A stretch of DNA of 64,000 bases from a virus. Lineage: Duplodnaviria; Caudoviricetes. Position numbers and translations under genes: made by a program. Under the pieces are notes generated by a model. The model did no database searches. It was not told the origin of the DNA and was given only the letters and a program-made list of their open reading frames with translations. Positions 9,240 to 18,172 of this stretch are shown piece after piece. Within the stretch, counting starts at the first letter, position 1. Every line of letters begins with the position of its first letter. The DNA lies in IMG/VR virus record IMGVR_UViG_3300037400_006004, positions 1 to 64,000 of that record, one strand, 5' to 3'.

Positions 9240-9932
9240 TTAACCCTCCAATACAGATAAAGCTTCGAAATAAGCTTTTACTGCTTCAGTTGTTTCAATT
9301 TTACATGCAATATCAGGACGTTTTTTATGTTTAATAAACTTTTTAAGTTCACATCTACTACCAATATTTTTAAATGGATTATTTTTATCTTTATTATCTG
9401 TATAAGTTAGTTCAACTGAAAGAATATTTTCTTTTAAATAATCGTCATCGTCACCTAAATTTAAAAGAAAATCTACATCTGCGAAAATAGTTCCTTCTGG
9501 AACATTTTCTATTTTATCAAATACTACTGGATCGCCATTAAAATCCTTTAAAAGATAGCAATAAAGCTCTCCATTACAATATAATCCAATAGTATCATCA
9601 CATAGTTTATTCATTGTTGGCTGGGAGTCTAATTCGAAATTAAATCCTATTGAATCATAAAGATTTTTTAAATATCCAATAATATAAGCATTATTTAGTC
9701 CATATTTAGAAGGGTTATTACTTTTAAGGTCTTCCATAGTTTGTCCTGTAGTTTTAAAAACAACATTACTTACTACGTCATCTATTGTTTTACGTTTTTG
9801 ACCCATTAAAAACATTTTGTCTGTTTTTAATTTATTAAATATATATTTGAAATCATTAATATCTACTACAGGAAAGTTAACTTCTTTAGAAGTAAGATCT
9901 TTTATAAGTCTCTTCATATTTTTATTTATCAT
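9240..9932 (-). CDS. Array protein with shared module
   Basis: IETTEAVKAYFEALSVLEG. Confidence 0.75.
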   Translation of the reverse strand: MINKNMKRLIKDLTSKEVNFPVVDINDFKYIFNKLKTDKMFLMGQKRKTIDDVVSNVVFKTTGQTMEDLKSNNPSKYGLNNAYIIGYLKNLYDSIGFNFELDSQPTMNKLCDDTIGLYCNGELYCYLLKDFNGDPVVFDKIENVPEGTIFADVDFLLNLGDDDDYLKENILSVELTYTDNKDKNNPFKNIGSRCELKKFIKHKKRPDIACKIETTEAVKAYFEALSVLEG

Positions 9933-10377
9933 GTTTACCTCCTAATTGGTCAAGATTTAATATACTTTGAAGGGCTATTTCAGCATAAGCAGACTCAGTA
10001 ATAGATATATCATAATGATAAAAATCAAATGGATGTGTTGTTGGAGAATCTTTTAGATTTTTTCCAAAATCTTCATTATCCATATCTAATACATTAGCGT
10101 ATTCAAGATTTATTGAAATAATATCATCTTTAACTTTTTTGAATATTTCATTCATGCCACCAATTCCATTAGTTTTAAGATAATTCTTTACTTTATAACG
10201 TTGATTTAAGAATTGATTAAAACTAGTAAGACTAAAAGATAAAGCAGGATGTCCTTCACAACTCATAAGACATCCTACTCTTTCTTCAAAACCTATTCGA
10301 TTAAGTATATTTAGAATATATAAACCATCTCTGTTTTCTTTTTTAGAATCATATATAACTTCTCTAAAGAATTCCAT
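9922..10377 (-). CDS. Array protein with shared module
   Basis: ISITESAYAEIALQSILN. Confidence 0.75.
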   Translation of the reverse strand: MEFFREVIYDSKKENRDGLYILNILNRIGFEERVGCLMSCEGHPALSFSLTSFNQFLNQRYKVKNYLKTNGIGGMNEIFKKVKDDIISINLEYANVLDMDNEDFGKNLKDSPTTHPFDFYHYDISITESAYAEIALQSILNLDQLGGKHDK

Positions 10378-10387
10378 TTAAACCTCC

Positions 10388-10834
10388 TTAAAGTGTTGAA
10401 GGGTCTTTTATACCAGTAACCCAAAAATCATAGATTTCTTTCATAGTTTTACCCATTGATTCATAAATAATATTATCTCGATAAGGAAAATCTGTAGTTA
10501 GATAAAGAATATTAAGTCTAGCATATCCTTCATCTGTTACATAAACTTTAAACTTATCAGTATGAACTGATATACTATTAGGATCTTTATTAACAAATTC
10601 TTCTACTGTAACTTTGTTAACTATATCACGTCCATCTTCAAGTTTAATAAGTAATAAATATCTTAACTTATAACTTTTCATAATAATAGTTTCATTAGTT
10701 TCTAAATTAATAAGATCGACAATAATAGATTCATCCATTATTTTATCCATTATATCTGTAAAATATATTGGATCAGACCATAAACTAAAATGGTAAAGCT
10801 CTTTTTCCTTTTGGTTGTTTTCCATAAGCTTCAT
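10388..10834 (-). CDS. Array protein with shared module
   Basis: VYVTDEGYARLNILYLT plus tail. Confidence 0.7.
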   Translation of the reverse strand: MKLMENNQKEKELYHFSLWSDPIYFTDIMDKIMDESIIVDLINLETNETIIMKSYKLRYLLLIKLEDGRDIVNKVTVEEFVNKDPNSISVHTDKFKVYVTDEGYARLNILYLTTDFPYRDNIIYESMGKTMKEIYDFWVTGIKDPSTL

Positions 10835-11441
10835 ACCTCCATCTCTTTTTTTCCTTTTCTAATCTAGTGTTTTCATCAAATTTCTTTTTTAACTCAGTTG
10901 TAAAATCTTTTAGTAATTTACTTTTGTTATATTTACTTATACTAGTGATATCATTCATATAATATCTATAAGCTATATCAGTATCATGATATTCAAGAGT
11001 AGGAAATAATGTTAATATATTAATAATATCTCCATCGAAATCACTAGACTTAGATCTAATATCACTTACAACACTTTTTTGTCCATATCTATTAGTTAAT
11101 ATAGGGTGATCGCTATTTTCTCCTATTACATTTTCTAATTCTAATAGTGCATAAAGTTCTTGTGTAACAGTTATTACAAAAGTTTTATATGAAGAATACT
11201 CTACTGAAATAAGCTCAAATTTACTAATGCCATTTTTAACAACATTATAATTTTCATTTCTGAAAATTACATCACATAATAATATACTATTAGTTTTAAA
11301 AGAAGTTACTGGAGATTTAGGAAATTCAAGAAGTTTAACTTCTACTTCTCTTCCGATACAATAACCTGCACTATTAACTATATTAACTAAAGTATCGATT
11401 ATTGGTTGAGATAAATTCATTTTATTTTTTCTCATTTTCAT
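10785..11441 (-). CDS. Array protein, module internal
   Basis: ITVTQELYALLELENVIG followed by a ~110 aa extension. Confidence 0.7.
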   Translation of the reverse strand: MKMRKNKMNLSQPIIDTLVNIVNSAGYCIGREVEVKLLEFPKSPVTSFKTNSILLCDVIFRNENYNVVKNGISKFELISVEYSSYKTFVITVTQELYALLELENVIGENSDHPILTNRYGQKSVVSDIRSKSSDFDGDIINILTLFPTLEYHDTDIAYRYYMNDITSISKYNKSKLLKDFTTELKKKFDENTRLEKEKKRWRYEAYGKQPKGKRALPF

Positions 11442-11443
11442 AT

Positions 11444-11815
11444 TTATTCTCCTTTTTTATTATTTTCATTAATAGTATATTTTAATGATACTTCAGTACA
11501 AATATCTAATGCTCTTTTATGTTTAGGTTTTAATAAACATAAAAATTTCTTTTGCAAGTTCATTGTAGGCATATTACTCGGTATATCTTTTTTTCTTATT
11601 ATTCTTCCAGTATATTTTTCATAGAAACATGTGTCAAAAGTAACTTCAAAATCATCTTCTTCTGTTTCATTTAATAATCTTAAAAATGTATCTGTGTCTA
11701 TAGGATAAGTTTGATCTAATTCAGGTAAGTAAATAGTAGGTATTATATTTTCGTTAAATATAGATTTATGACACATAATATCATACATCATTTCTTTGTA
11801 TTTAAATAATGCCAT
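11444..11815 (-). CDS. Array protein, variant module
   Basis: LLKPKHKRALDICTEVSLKYTIN; paralogue of 11841..12185. Confidence 0.7.
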   Translation of the reverse strand: MALFKYKEMMYDIMCHKSIFNENIIPTIYLPELDQTYPIDTDTFLRLLNETEEDDFEVTFDTCFYEKYTGRIIRKKDIPSNMPTMNLQKKFLCLLKPKHKRALDICTEVSLKYTINENNKKGE

Positions 11816-11840
11816 TAGAATTCTCCTTTTTTTTACTTTT

Positions 11841-12185
11841 TTATTTTAATCCTAGTATATGATTAGTTACATATTCTTGAGATAAAAGATCTATTTCAAA
11901 CGGATTAGTTTCTTCTGTCTTTAATGTTTTTTCCATTAAATATGCAGCACAAATTTGTAAAGCTCTGTCATTAGCTGGATATAATACAAAATAAAAATTA
12001 TCATCTTTCCATTTAGACTCGACATTAAAATCAGAATTTTCAGTTTCTTCAATCATTTTCTGAACTAATTTTAATTCATAATTTAAAATTAATTCTTTAG
12101 AATCTGGAATAGACACAACTACAATTGGAACTTTTCTTGGATTTGAACATAAAAGTAACATTAACTGTGTATAATTAAATAACAT
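11841..12185 (-). CDS. Array protein, variant module
   Basis: VLYPANDRALQICAAYLMEKTL. Confidence 0.7.
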   Translation of the reverse strand: MLFNYTQLMLLLCSNPRKVPIVVVSIPDSKELILNYELKLVQKMIEETENSDFNVESKWKDDNFYFVLYPANDRALQICAAYLMEKTLKTEETNPFEIDLLSQEYVTNHILGLK

Positions 12186-12197
12186 TAAAATTCCTCC

Positions 12198-12590
12198 TTA
12201 GTTAACATTAGAAAATAATTGATTTATAGCTAATTGAGCATATATATTATCTTTAATAGTAAGTGTAGTCATTTCTAAACATGTGCCTGTTGCTATAAGA
12301 TTTATACATTCATATGACATATCAATAAATATACTCTCAACAAATTCTCTATAATTTTGAAAATCAAAATTACTTTTAAGAAATCTATTAGTAAATATAT
12401 TAGTAGGTATTAATATTGGAATATCTTCAGTTTCACCAAATAATCTTAAACTAGTCTTTAATTTATAATCCCAATTATATGGAATTATTTCTCCTCTGTC
12501 TTTTTTGTTATTAAGTGTTTTACCACTACCTGAAAAGATATAATAACCTATTCTAAGATCTTTACTTCCTATGGGTTTACTTATTTGCAT
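12198..12590 (-). CDS. Array protein with shared module
   Basis: MTTLTIKDNIYAQLAINQLF; paralogue of 12581..13027. Confidence 0.75.
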   Translation of the reverse strand: MQISKPIGSKDLRIGYYIFSGSGKTLNNKKDRGEIIPYNWDYKLKTSLRLFGETEDIPILIPTNIFTNRFLKSNFDFQNYREFVESIFIDMSYECINLIATGTCLEMTTLTIKDNIYAQLAINQLFSNVN

Positions 12591-13027
12591 TTTCTTAACA
12601 CATCCTCCAGCATTATTTGAGCATATAAATTACAATCTATTACAATTGTAGTCATATGTTCTGGTATATAATTATCATATGAATTTTGAATGAATATATC
12701 TTCATAAGATATATTCTTTATCATTTCATTTAATTTATCTACTTCTTTATCATCACAATTCATACTTATAATAGCTTGATTTGTAGAGAAAACTAAATAT
12801 CCCATTTGTTTAATAATAGTTAAAAATATAGATGGTCTCATAAGCATTATTTCATTCAAATCATTTTCATTTATAATTCGTAGTGTTCCACTGGTAAATC
12901 TTGTTATACCAGGTACATATCTACCAATTTCACCCCTTTCAATATTTACTAATCGTTCATTGCTTATTTCTTCATTAAAAAGTATTTTAGTAATAGATGG
13001 TTTAAGTAAATTTAACTCACCAATCAT
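12581..13027 (-). CDS. Array protein with shared module
   Basis: MTTIVIDCNLYAQIMLEDVL. Confidence 0.75.
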   Translation of the reverse strand: MIGELNLLKPSITKILFNEEISNERLVNIERGEIGRYVPGITRFTSGTLRIINENDLNEIMLMRPSIFLTIIKQMGYLVFSTNQAIISMNCDDKEVDKLNEMIKNISYEDIFIQNSYDNYIPEHMTTIVIDCNLYAQIMLEDVLRKCK

Positions 13028-13039
13028 AATATCACCTTC

Positions 13040-13364
13040 TTAAGTAATAACAGAATTTAACATATCAAGAGCAATTAAAGTTTCATCTTTACAGTTAATA
13101 GTAACTATTAAACTAGTTAAATTTTTATCTTCATTACGTACTGTTTTATACCAATTCTTTAGATGATCACTTACATCATCAATATTTATGCTTTCAATAT
13201 GGTTTAATAAATCATCATCACTATTAAGCATTTCATATAATCTTGTATATTTAATATTTCTTTTTTTTAGATTTATAAGTTAAAATCCACTGTATAGATG
13301 AATCTGACATACAACCTATTCTGACAATTCTATTTAGTCTATTTTCTATTTCATATCTTTCCAT
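13040..13364 (-). pseudogene. Array gene frameshifted in an A8 tract (13261-13268)
   Basis: Strong RBS plus ATG at 13364 (MERYEIENRL...); removing one A joins it to 13040..13231, ending INCKDETLIALDMLNSVIT. Confidence 0.7.
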
Positions 13365-13387
13365 AAAAGATACCTCCTTTCATTTTT

Positions 13388-13395
13388 ATAATATA
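13388..13395 (-). promoter_or_regulatory. Early-type promoter TATATTAT (internal to array)
   Basis: Same motif and context (..AAATGAAAGGA) as the 7746 site. Confidence 0.55.
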
Positions 13396-13398
13396 AAT

Positions 13399-13854
13399 TT
13401 AATTAATTACTCTCATTAACTCAAACATAGTATAATCATTTTCAGTTAGTACTATTTCTACTGGAGAAAAATCTGAACTATCTGGTACAGTTTTATTAAA
13501 TCTTTGTATATAATTTTTAGAATTGAAAAAATCTTGGTTATTCAAATTATTGAATAACCAATTTAATACATCAATTTTACTTACTTCATTTCTATATAAT
13601 TTACTTTCTTTTTTAGTTGTGACATACCATTTTATAGATACTCTTGATGTTTCTGTAAATAATGCAAATTTCCATGCTAAATATAATCCTTCATTAGTAG
13701 TTAAACTAATTTTATCATAATAATCATAAACAGAAAAGCTATATAAATGAAGTTTTTCTGCCATATCTTTTATTACAGTCCAAGGCTCTCCATAACGTAA
13801 AGCTTCATACATTTTAATATCATTTGATGGACACATTACTGAAATATCTTCCAT
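13399..13854 (-). CDS. Array protein, possibly two module copies
   Basis: LTTNEGLYLAWKFALF and IVLTENDYTMFELMRVIN. Confidence 0.75.
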   Translation of the reverse strand: MEDISVMCPSNDIKMYEALRYGEPWTVIKDMAEKLHLYSFSVYDYYDKISLTTNEGLYLAWKFALFTETSRVSIKWYVTTKKESKLYRNEVSKIDVLNWLFNNLNNQDFFNSKNYIQRFNKTVPDSSDFSPVEIVLTENDYTMFELMRVIN

Positions 13855-13855
13855 A

Positions 13856-14311
13856 TTATAATACCCCCTTATCTAAACCTAAATCATTTTCCCACCTATA
13901 GTGTGGATCTTCTTCACTTTCAGATAATCTTACTTCTGTAATTACATCTTTTAAAGATAATTTAACATAATTTTCTTCTTTTAGATATACTGTAATTTTT
14001 GCACATTTATTTTGCTTATATTTCCAATCATGAGTAAACCAAGTGAATGATTTATAAGTACCATCAGAGCTTTCAATTTCTATCTTATTAATCAGTTTAT
14101 ACTTATCTTCTTCTTCCATTTCATCAAGTAATCTTGTTAATCTAGCTGATGACATAGTATAAGAAGAATTAATATCATCTTGATTGGTTATATGAAGTTG
14201 TATATGCTTATTATTTAGCTGTCTTAGAATTTCATCTAATACAGACTTCGGAGTTTTTTCATTATAAAGATAAGAAATCATTGATTTAGCTTCTTTAACT
14301 TTCACTTTCAT
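13856..14311 (-). CDS. Array protein with shared module
   Basis: VYLKEENYVKLSLKDVIT. Confidence 0.75.
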   Translation of the reverse strand: MKVKVKEAKSMISYLYNEKTPKSVLDEILRQLNNKHIQLHITNQDDINSSYTMSSARLTRLLDEMEEEDKYKLINKIEIESSDGTYKSFTWFTHDWKYKQNKCAKITVYLKEENYVKLSLKDVITEVRLSESEEDPHYRWENDLGLDKGVL

Positions 14312-14687
14312 TACATTCTCCTAATACATATTTGATTAATAAAAATGAATATAACTCTTCTGAAGTTATAATAATATTTGCAACAATATTTGGGTTATGA
14401 TATCTATAATCTACTCTTTCAATATCATTTTTAAGTAATAAATATATGAATATTGGATTTTGAAGATCATGTGATAAATGGCCTTTATTAAAATAATAAC
14501 TTCTAATATTTTTCATAAACGCTTTATAACCAAAATTTCTTGATTGCCAAGTATTAAAATAAAAGCAATTATTTTTATATTTTACATTTATAGTACAATA
14601 TGAAACTAGAATTTCTTTAAGAATAATATCTAAATCATTAGAATTTTCTTCATCATTAATATCATAAAACATTGATCGCATATCCAT
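14295..14687 (-). CDS. Array protein with shared module
   Basis: IIITSEELYSFLLIKYVLG. Confidence 0.75.
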   Translation of the reverse strand: MDMRSMFYDINDEENSNDLDIILKEILVSYCTINVKYKNNCFYFNTWQSRNFGYKAFMKNIRSYYFNKGHLSHDLQNPIFIYLLLKNDIERVDYRYHNPNIVANIIITSEELYSFLLIKYVLGECNESES

Positions 14688-14689
14688 AA

Positions 14690-15130
14690 TTAGTTCTCCC
14701 TTAATATTTCTCTTAATTTTAAATAAGAATACACATCTTCACTTATATTAACTTTAAGAAATAATGTATGTTCTCCATAATTTAAACGAACTGGCATATA
14801 TACAATATTTTCTTTATTTTCGTCATCTTCTAAACCAAGGATAAAATTATTACTAATAGTGTTACTGCTTTTTAGTTTAAAAAATTTATTAAATGTTTCC
14901 TCATTAATGTTACAAATATATTGATATAATTCAGAACATTCTCTAGAAATAAAATAACATTTGTCTGAATGACTCATTATCCATTCTTCATTACATGGAT
15001 TTATCATTCCAGTTTTACATATAAATACAGGTTTATTATTATAATAGAAATATACCCAATATCTATTCATACTTAAAAAACTTTTAAAAAATTCATATGT
15101 AAATTCAACTTCAAATGTAGGTATATACAT
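14690..15130 (-). CDS. Array protein with shared module
   Basis: VNISEDVYSYLKLREILRE. Confidence 0.75.
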   Translation of the reverse strand: MYIPTFEVEFTYEFFKSFLSMNRYWVYFYYNNKPVFICKTGMINPCNEEWIMSHSDKCYFISRECSELYQYICNINEETFNKFFKLKSSNTISNNFILGLEDDENKENIVYMPVRLNYGEHTLFLKVNISEDVYSYLKLREILREN

Positions 15131-15143
15131 ATTAATTTCCTCC

Positions 15144-15674
15144 TTAATTATCTAGAGTTGATTTAAGAGATAAGAATGCAGCAATAGAATCTGAAAGTTC
15201 TTTTGGAACTACATATGACAAATATGAAAAATCATATACATCAAATTTTATATTTGGCATATTTTCTTTAAATTTATTTGCAAAAAATTCCATTCTTTTT
15301 TCTATTTGTTTATTTGCAAAGGTAATTGTTTTTATTTTAAATTCATTATAGAATTCTTCTTCATTAAGAGATTCTACATAATTTAAAATCATTTCAGTTA
15401 TTTCTCTTGTATATGGTCTATATTTATCTTCGCTAGATATATAAATTATAGCTTTATTATTCTTATCATAAATTCCTAATGTATAATTGATAGTAGCATT
15501 CCAATTAGGATTTTCTTCAAAAATTCCTTCTATAGATTTTCCATCATTAGTAATACCTTTATATGGTTTAGGACAATTATCTAAGATAGTTATAATATAC
15601 TTTATAAAATTATTATAACCTATATTTTCAGTAAAATAATTTTTAATGAATAATAATAATTCGGAATGTGTCAT
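15144..15674 (-). CDS. Array protein with shared module
   Basis: YVVPKELSDSIAAFLSLKSTLD. Confidence 0.75.
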   Translation of the reverse strand: MTHSELLLFIKNYFTENIGYNNFIKYIITILDNCPKPYKGITNDGKSIEGIFEENPNWNATINYTLGIYDKNNKAIIYISSEDKYRPYTREITEMILNYVESLNEEEFYNEFKIKTITFANKQIEKRMEFFANKFKENMPNIKFDVYDFSYLSYVVPKELSDSIAAFLSLKSTLDN

Positions 15675-15675
15675 T

Positions 15676-16122
15676 TTAAACCTCCATCATTTTCATTAAA
15701 TCAAAATGAGTTTTAACTTCTTCAGATATTTCAAATACAAATATAAATATATCTTCAGGTCTTATCTTTGGATGATTACCTCCAACGACTATATTCATTA
15801 TTGTATGTTCATCATAATATTGTAAAGATCTTTTTGTTTTATTTAATATTAAACCAACTCTACAACCTTTTTCATATGGTATATCATAATCAATTAATTC
15901 AAAATTAGAATTAAAATATCCATCAGTAATATTTTCAAGATATTCTCTAAATTTTTCTATATGTGTCAAATTTTTTTTTAAATATAATTTCAATGGATCA
16001 TGTGGACATATTATTGAAAAATTATAAATATCTTCTCCTTTATATCTTAATACTACACTTGGATACTGATTAACTAAAATACTTTTAATTACAGTATTTC
16101 TTGTTATTTTATAAATAAACAT
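15676..16122 (-). CDS. Array protein with shared module
   Basis: FEISEEVKTHFDLMKMME. Confidence 0.75.
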   Translation of the reverse strand: MFIYKITRNTVIKSILVNQYPSVVLRYKGEDIYNFSIICPHDPLKLYLKKNLTHIEKFREYLENITDGYFNSNFELIDYDIPYEKGCRVGLILNKTKRSLQYYDEHTIMNIVVGGNHPKIRPEDIFIFVFEISEEVKTHFDLMKMMEV

Positions 16123-16134
16123 AAAGCCTCCTTA

Positions 16135-16644
16135 TTATTCATCTACTAATAACTTAACTTTGAATGTTGTATATAAATCTTTATCACAAAGAAAAATGTA
16201 ATTACAATAAGCTACACTTGATGCTACATTAGTTTTTTCAGTAGTTAAATTTCGTTCATACTCAAAAATAAGGTTTTTTATCTGATCTAATTCAAGACCA
16301 GATAAAAATTTAAAGAAATTAAAAACTTTTCTTCCATCAATAATCACAGCTCCTGGTTCTGGAAGAGGAAATCTTAAAGTTATTCTAATAGCAATTGGAT
16401 GTGGTAATTGTCCAACTCTTAAATCACTAAATGGATAATAACGTCTAGCAATATTATAATATTCATCTGCTACAAATGCACCACTAACATTTCTATCAAA
16501 GTTTAAATTAAAAGATTCTTTAAACTCTTTTTCAGTTATATTTTTCATTTTTGTTTGATTATAATATTTAGAATGGAATCCAATATTATTAAGAATTTCT
16601 AAAGTCATATCTATATTAAATGGATCTGCACAATAATTTCTCAT
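16135..16644 (-). CDS. Array protein with shared module
   Basis: FLCDKDLYTTFKVKLLVDE. Confidence 0.75.
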   Translation of the reverse strand: MRNYCADPFNIDMTLEILNNIGFHSKYYNQTKMKNITEKEFKESFNLNFDRNVSGAFVADEYYNIARRYYPFSDLRVGQLPHPIAIRITLRFPLPEPGAVIIDGRKVFNFFKFLSGLELDQIKNLIFEYERNLTTEKTNVASSVAYCNYIFLCDKDLYTTFKVKLLVDE

Positions 16645-16659
16645 AATTTTATTCTCCTT

Positions 16660-17292
16660 TTAAAGTTTTAAAGTTGCTTTTAAAGAAATTTTAGCAATTT
16701 CCGCTTCAGTAAGACCTAAAATATAAAGTCTTCCATTTTTTAAATCAAAATAACATTTTATTTCTGATTTTTTTCTTTGACTTTGACTTTTTAGTTTTAG
16801 TTTACTAATAAATAATCTAAACATTTTTAGATTTGGTTGATTATTAAATGCTTTAAGTTGATGTATAAATTGGTATATTTCATTATTATCAAGCGTAATT
16901 ATTAAATTATCACTTAAAACTATATCTAACTTATAATACATACATATAAATTTATGGAAATTTTTAGCTATATCACTATATCCAGTTATAATAGCATCAC
17001 GACTAAAACCATTAGAACCACCATTCATGTTTAATGATTTTTCAGAAAGATCATCTATTTTGAAATTTTGTGCTGCTAAATTAACAATAATTTTAAAATA
17101 AATTTCATCCATAAAATTACCTATACAATATAGATCATCTAAAACAATTATTCTATTTTTATCATTGCATTCATAAGAAGTATTAATAGTATAATTACCA
17201 TTTTCATTTTTTGAAAGTCTAATTTTATCATAACGTGAGTCAAATGTATGATATATTATATTATCTACACAATTAAAAATACTTTTATCCAT
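16660..17292 (-). CDS. Array protein; C-terminus matches the LRR-like repeat proteins
   Basis: YFDLKNGRLYILGLTEAEIAKISLKATLK. Confidence 0.75.
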   Translation of the reverse strand: MDKSIFNCVDNIIYHTFDSRYDKIRLSKNENGNYTINTSYECNDKNRIIVLDDLYCIGNFMDEIYFKIIVNLAAQNFKIDDLSEKSLNMNGGSNGFSRDAIITGYSDIAKNFHKFICMYYKLDIVLSDNLIITLDNNEIYQFIHQLKAFNNQPNLKMFRLFISKLKLKSQSQRKKSEIKCYFDLKNGRLYILGLTEAEIAKISLKATLKL

Positions 17293-17294
17293 AA

Positions 17295-17843
17295 TTAATC
17301 CTCCAAAGGTCTTTTATCATTTTTCATATATTTAAGGTATTTTACAAATAATTTAGATTTTAAATCATTAAGTCTTAAATATGCATCTATCGTCTTTTCA
17401 TAATCTCCATCATAATCATAAGCAGAATTTGGTAATAACCAATTTGAATATGTTCTATTATCTACTGTAAGTAAAAGAGCAATATATGAAAATAATTTTT
17501 CACTTACAAAATACTGAGTATCACTAAAATGATGCGTACTATTTTTTAATAAATCATCAGTAGTATAACCGATAAGTTCAGTATTTTTATTTTCGATAAA
17601 TTCATGATAGCATTCATTAGATGCTAATATATTAAATAAAAAATATGGATGAACTGTAAGACAATGTTCACCTACATCAAAACGATTTTGTTTCATATAC
17701 GGAACTCTTACAAAAACTTCAATATCTGCTGCTGCATTCTCATCTCCTAACTTAAATATGATATCTTCACTTCTTTCAGGTTTTGTTTTAGCATCAAAAT
17801 AATATGGATAAAAATTATCCTCTTCAGCAATTTTTTTAATCAT
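17295..17843 (-). CDS. Array protein, module internal
   Basis: YFVSEKLFSYIALLLTVD plus tail. Confidence 0.7.
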   Translation of the reverse strand: MIKKIAEEDNFYPYYFDAKTKPERSEDIIFKLGDENAAADIEVFVRVPYMKQNRFDVGEHCLTVHPYFLFNILASNECYHEFIENKNTELIGYTTDDLLKNSTHHFSDTQYFVSEKLFSYIALLLTVDNRTYSNWLLPNSAYDYDGDYEKTIDAYLRLNDLKSKLFVKYLKYMKNDKRPLED

Positions 17844-17855
17844 TTTAAATTCTCC

Positions 17856-18116
17856 TTAACTATTTAAAGTCAATTTTAAATCAAATAAAGTTTTCATAAT
17901 TTCATATAACTCATCATTTACTTCAAAATCAATTATATAACCAACATAGCTAATTTTAATGATTTTATTCCTATAATCATTCAACATTGTAACAACATCA
18001 TTAATATCTAAATTTATCAAATAATTATTATTTTTATTAGAAATTTCAAATATATACATAAATGGAGTATCATTAACATATTTTACAAATTCCTCAATAT
18101 CATTTGGTGTTATCAT
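17856..18116 (-). CDS. Array protein (compact 86 aa member)
   Basis: FEVNDELYEIMKTLFDLKLTLN. Confidence 0.75.
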   Translation of the reverse strand: MITPNDIEEFVKYVNDTPFMYIFEISNKNNNYLINLDINDVVTMLNDYRNKIIKISYVGYIIDFEVNDELYEIMKTLFDLKLTLNS

Positions 18117-18136
18117 ATTTTCCTCCTTATAAAAAG

Positions 18137-18167
18137 AAACCCCTAAGAGAAATTCTCTTAGGGGTTT
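18137..18167 (-). terminator. Terminator hairpin after gyrA
   Basis: AAACCCCTAAGAGA / TCTCTTAGGGGTTT. Confidence 0.7.
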
Positions 18168-18172
18168 TATAT

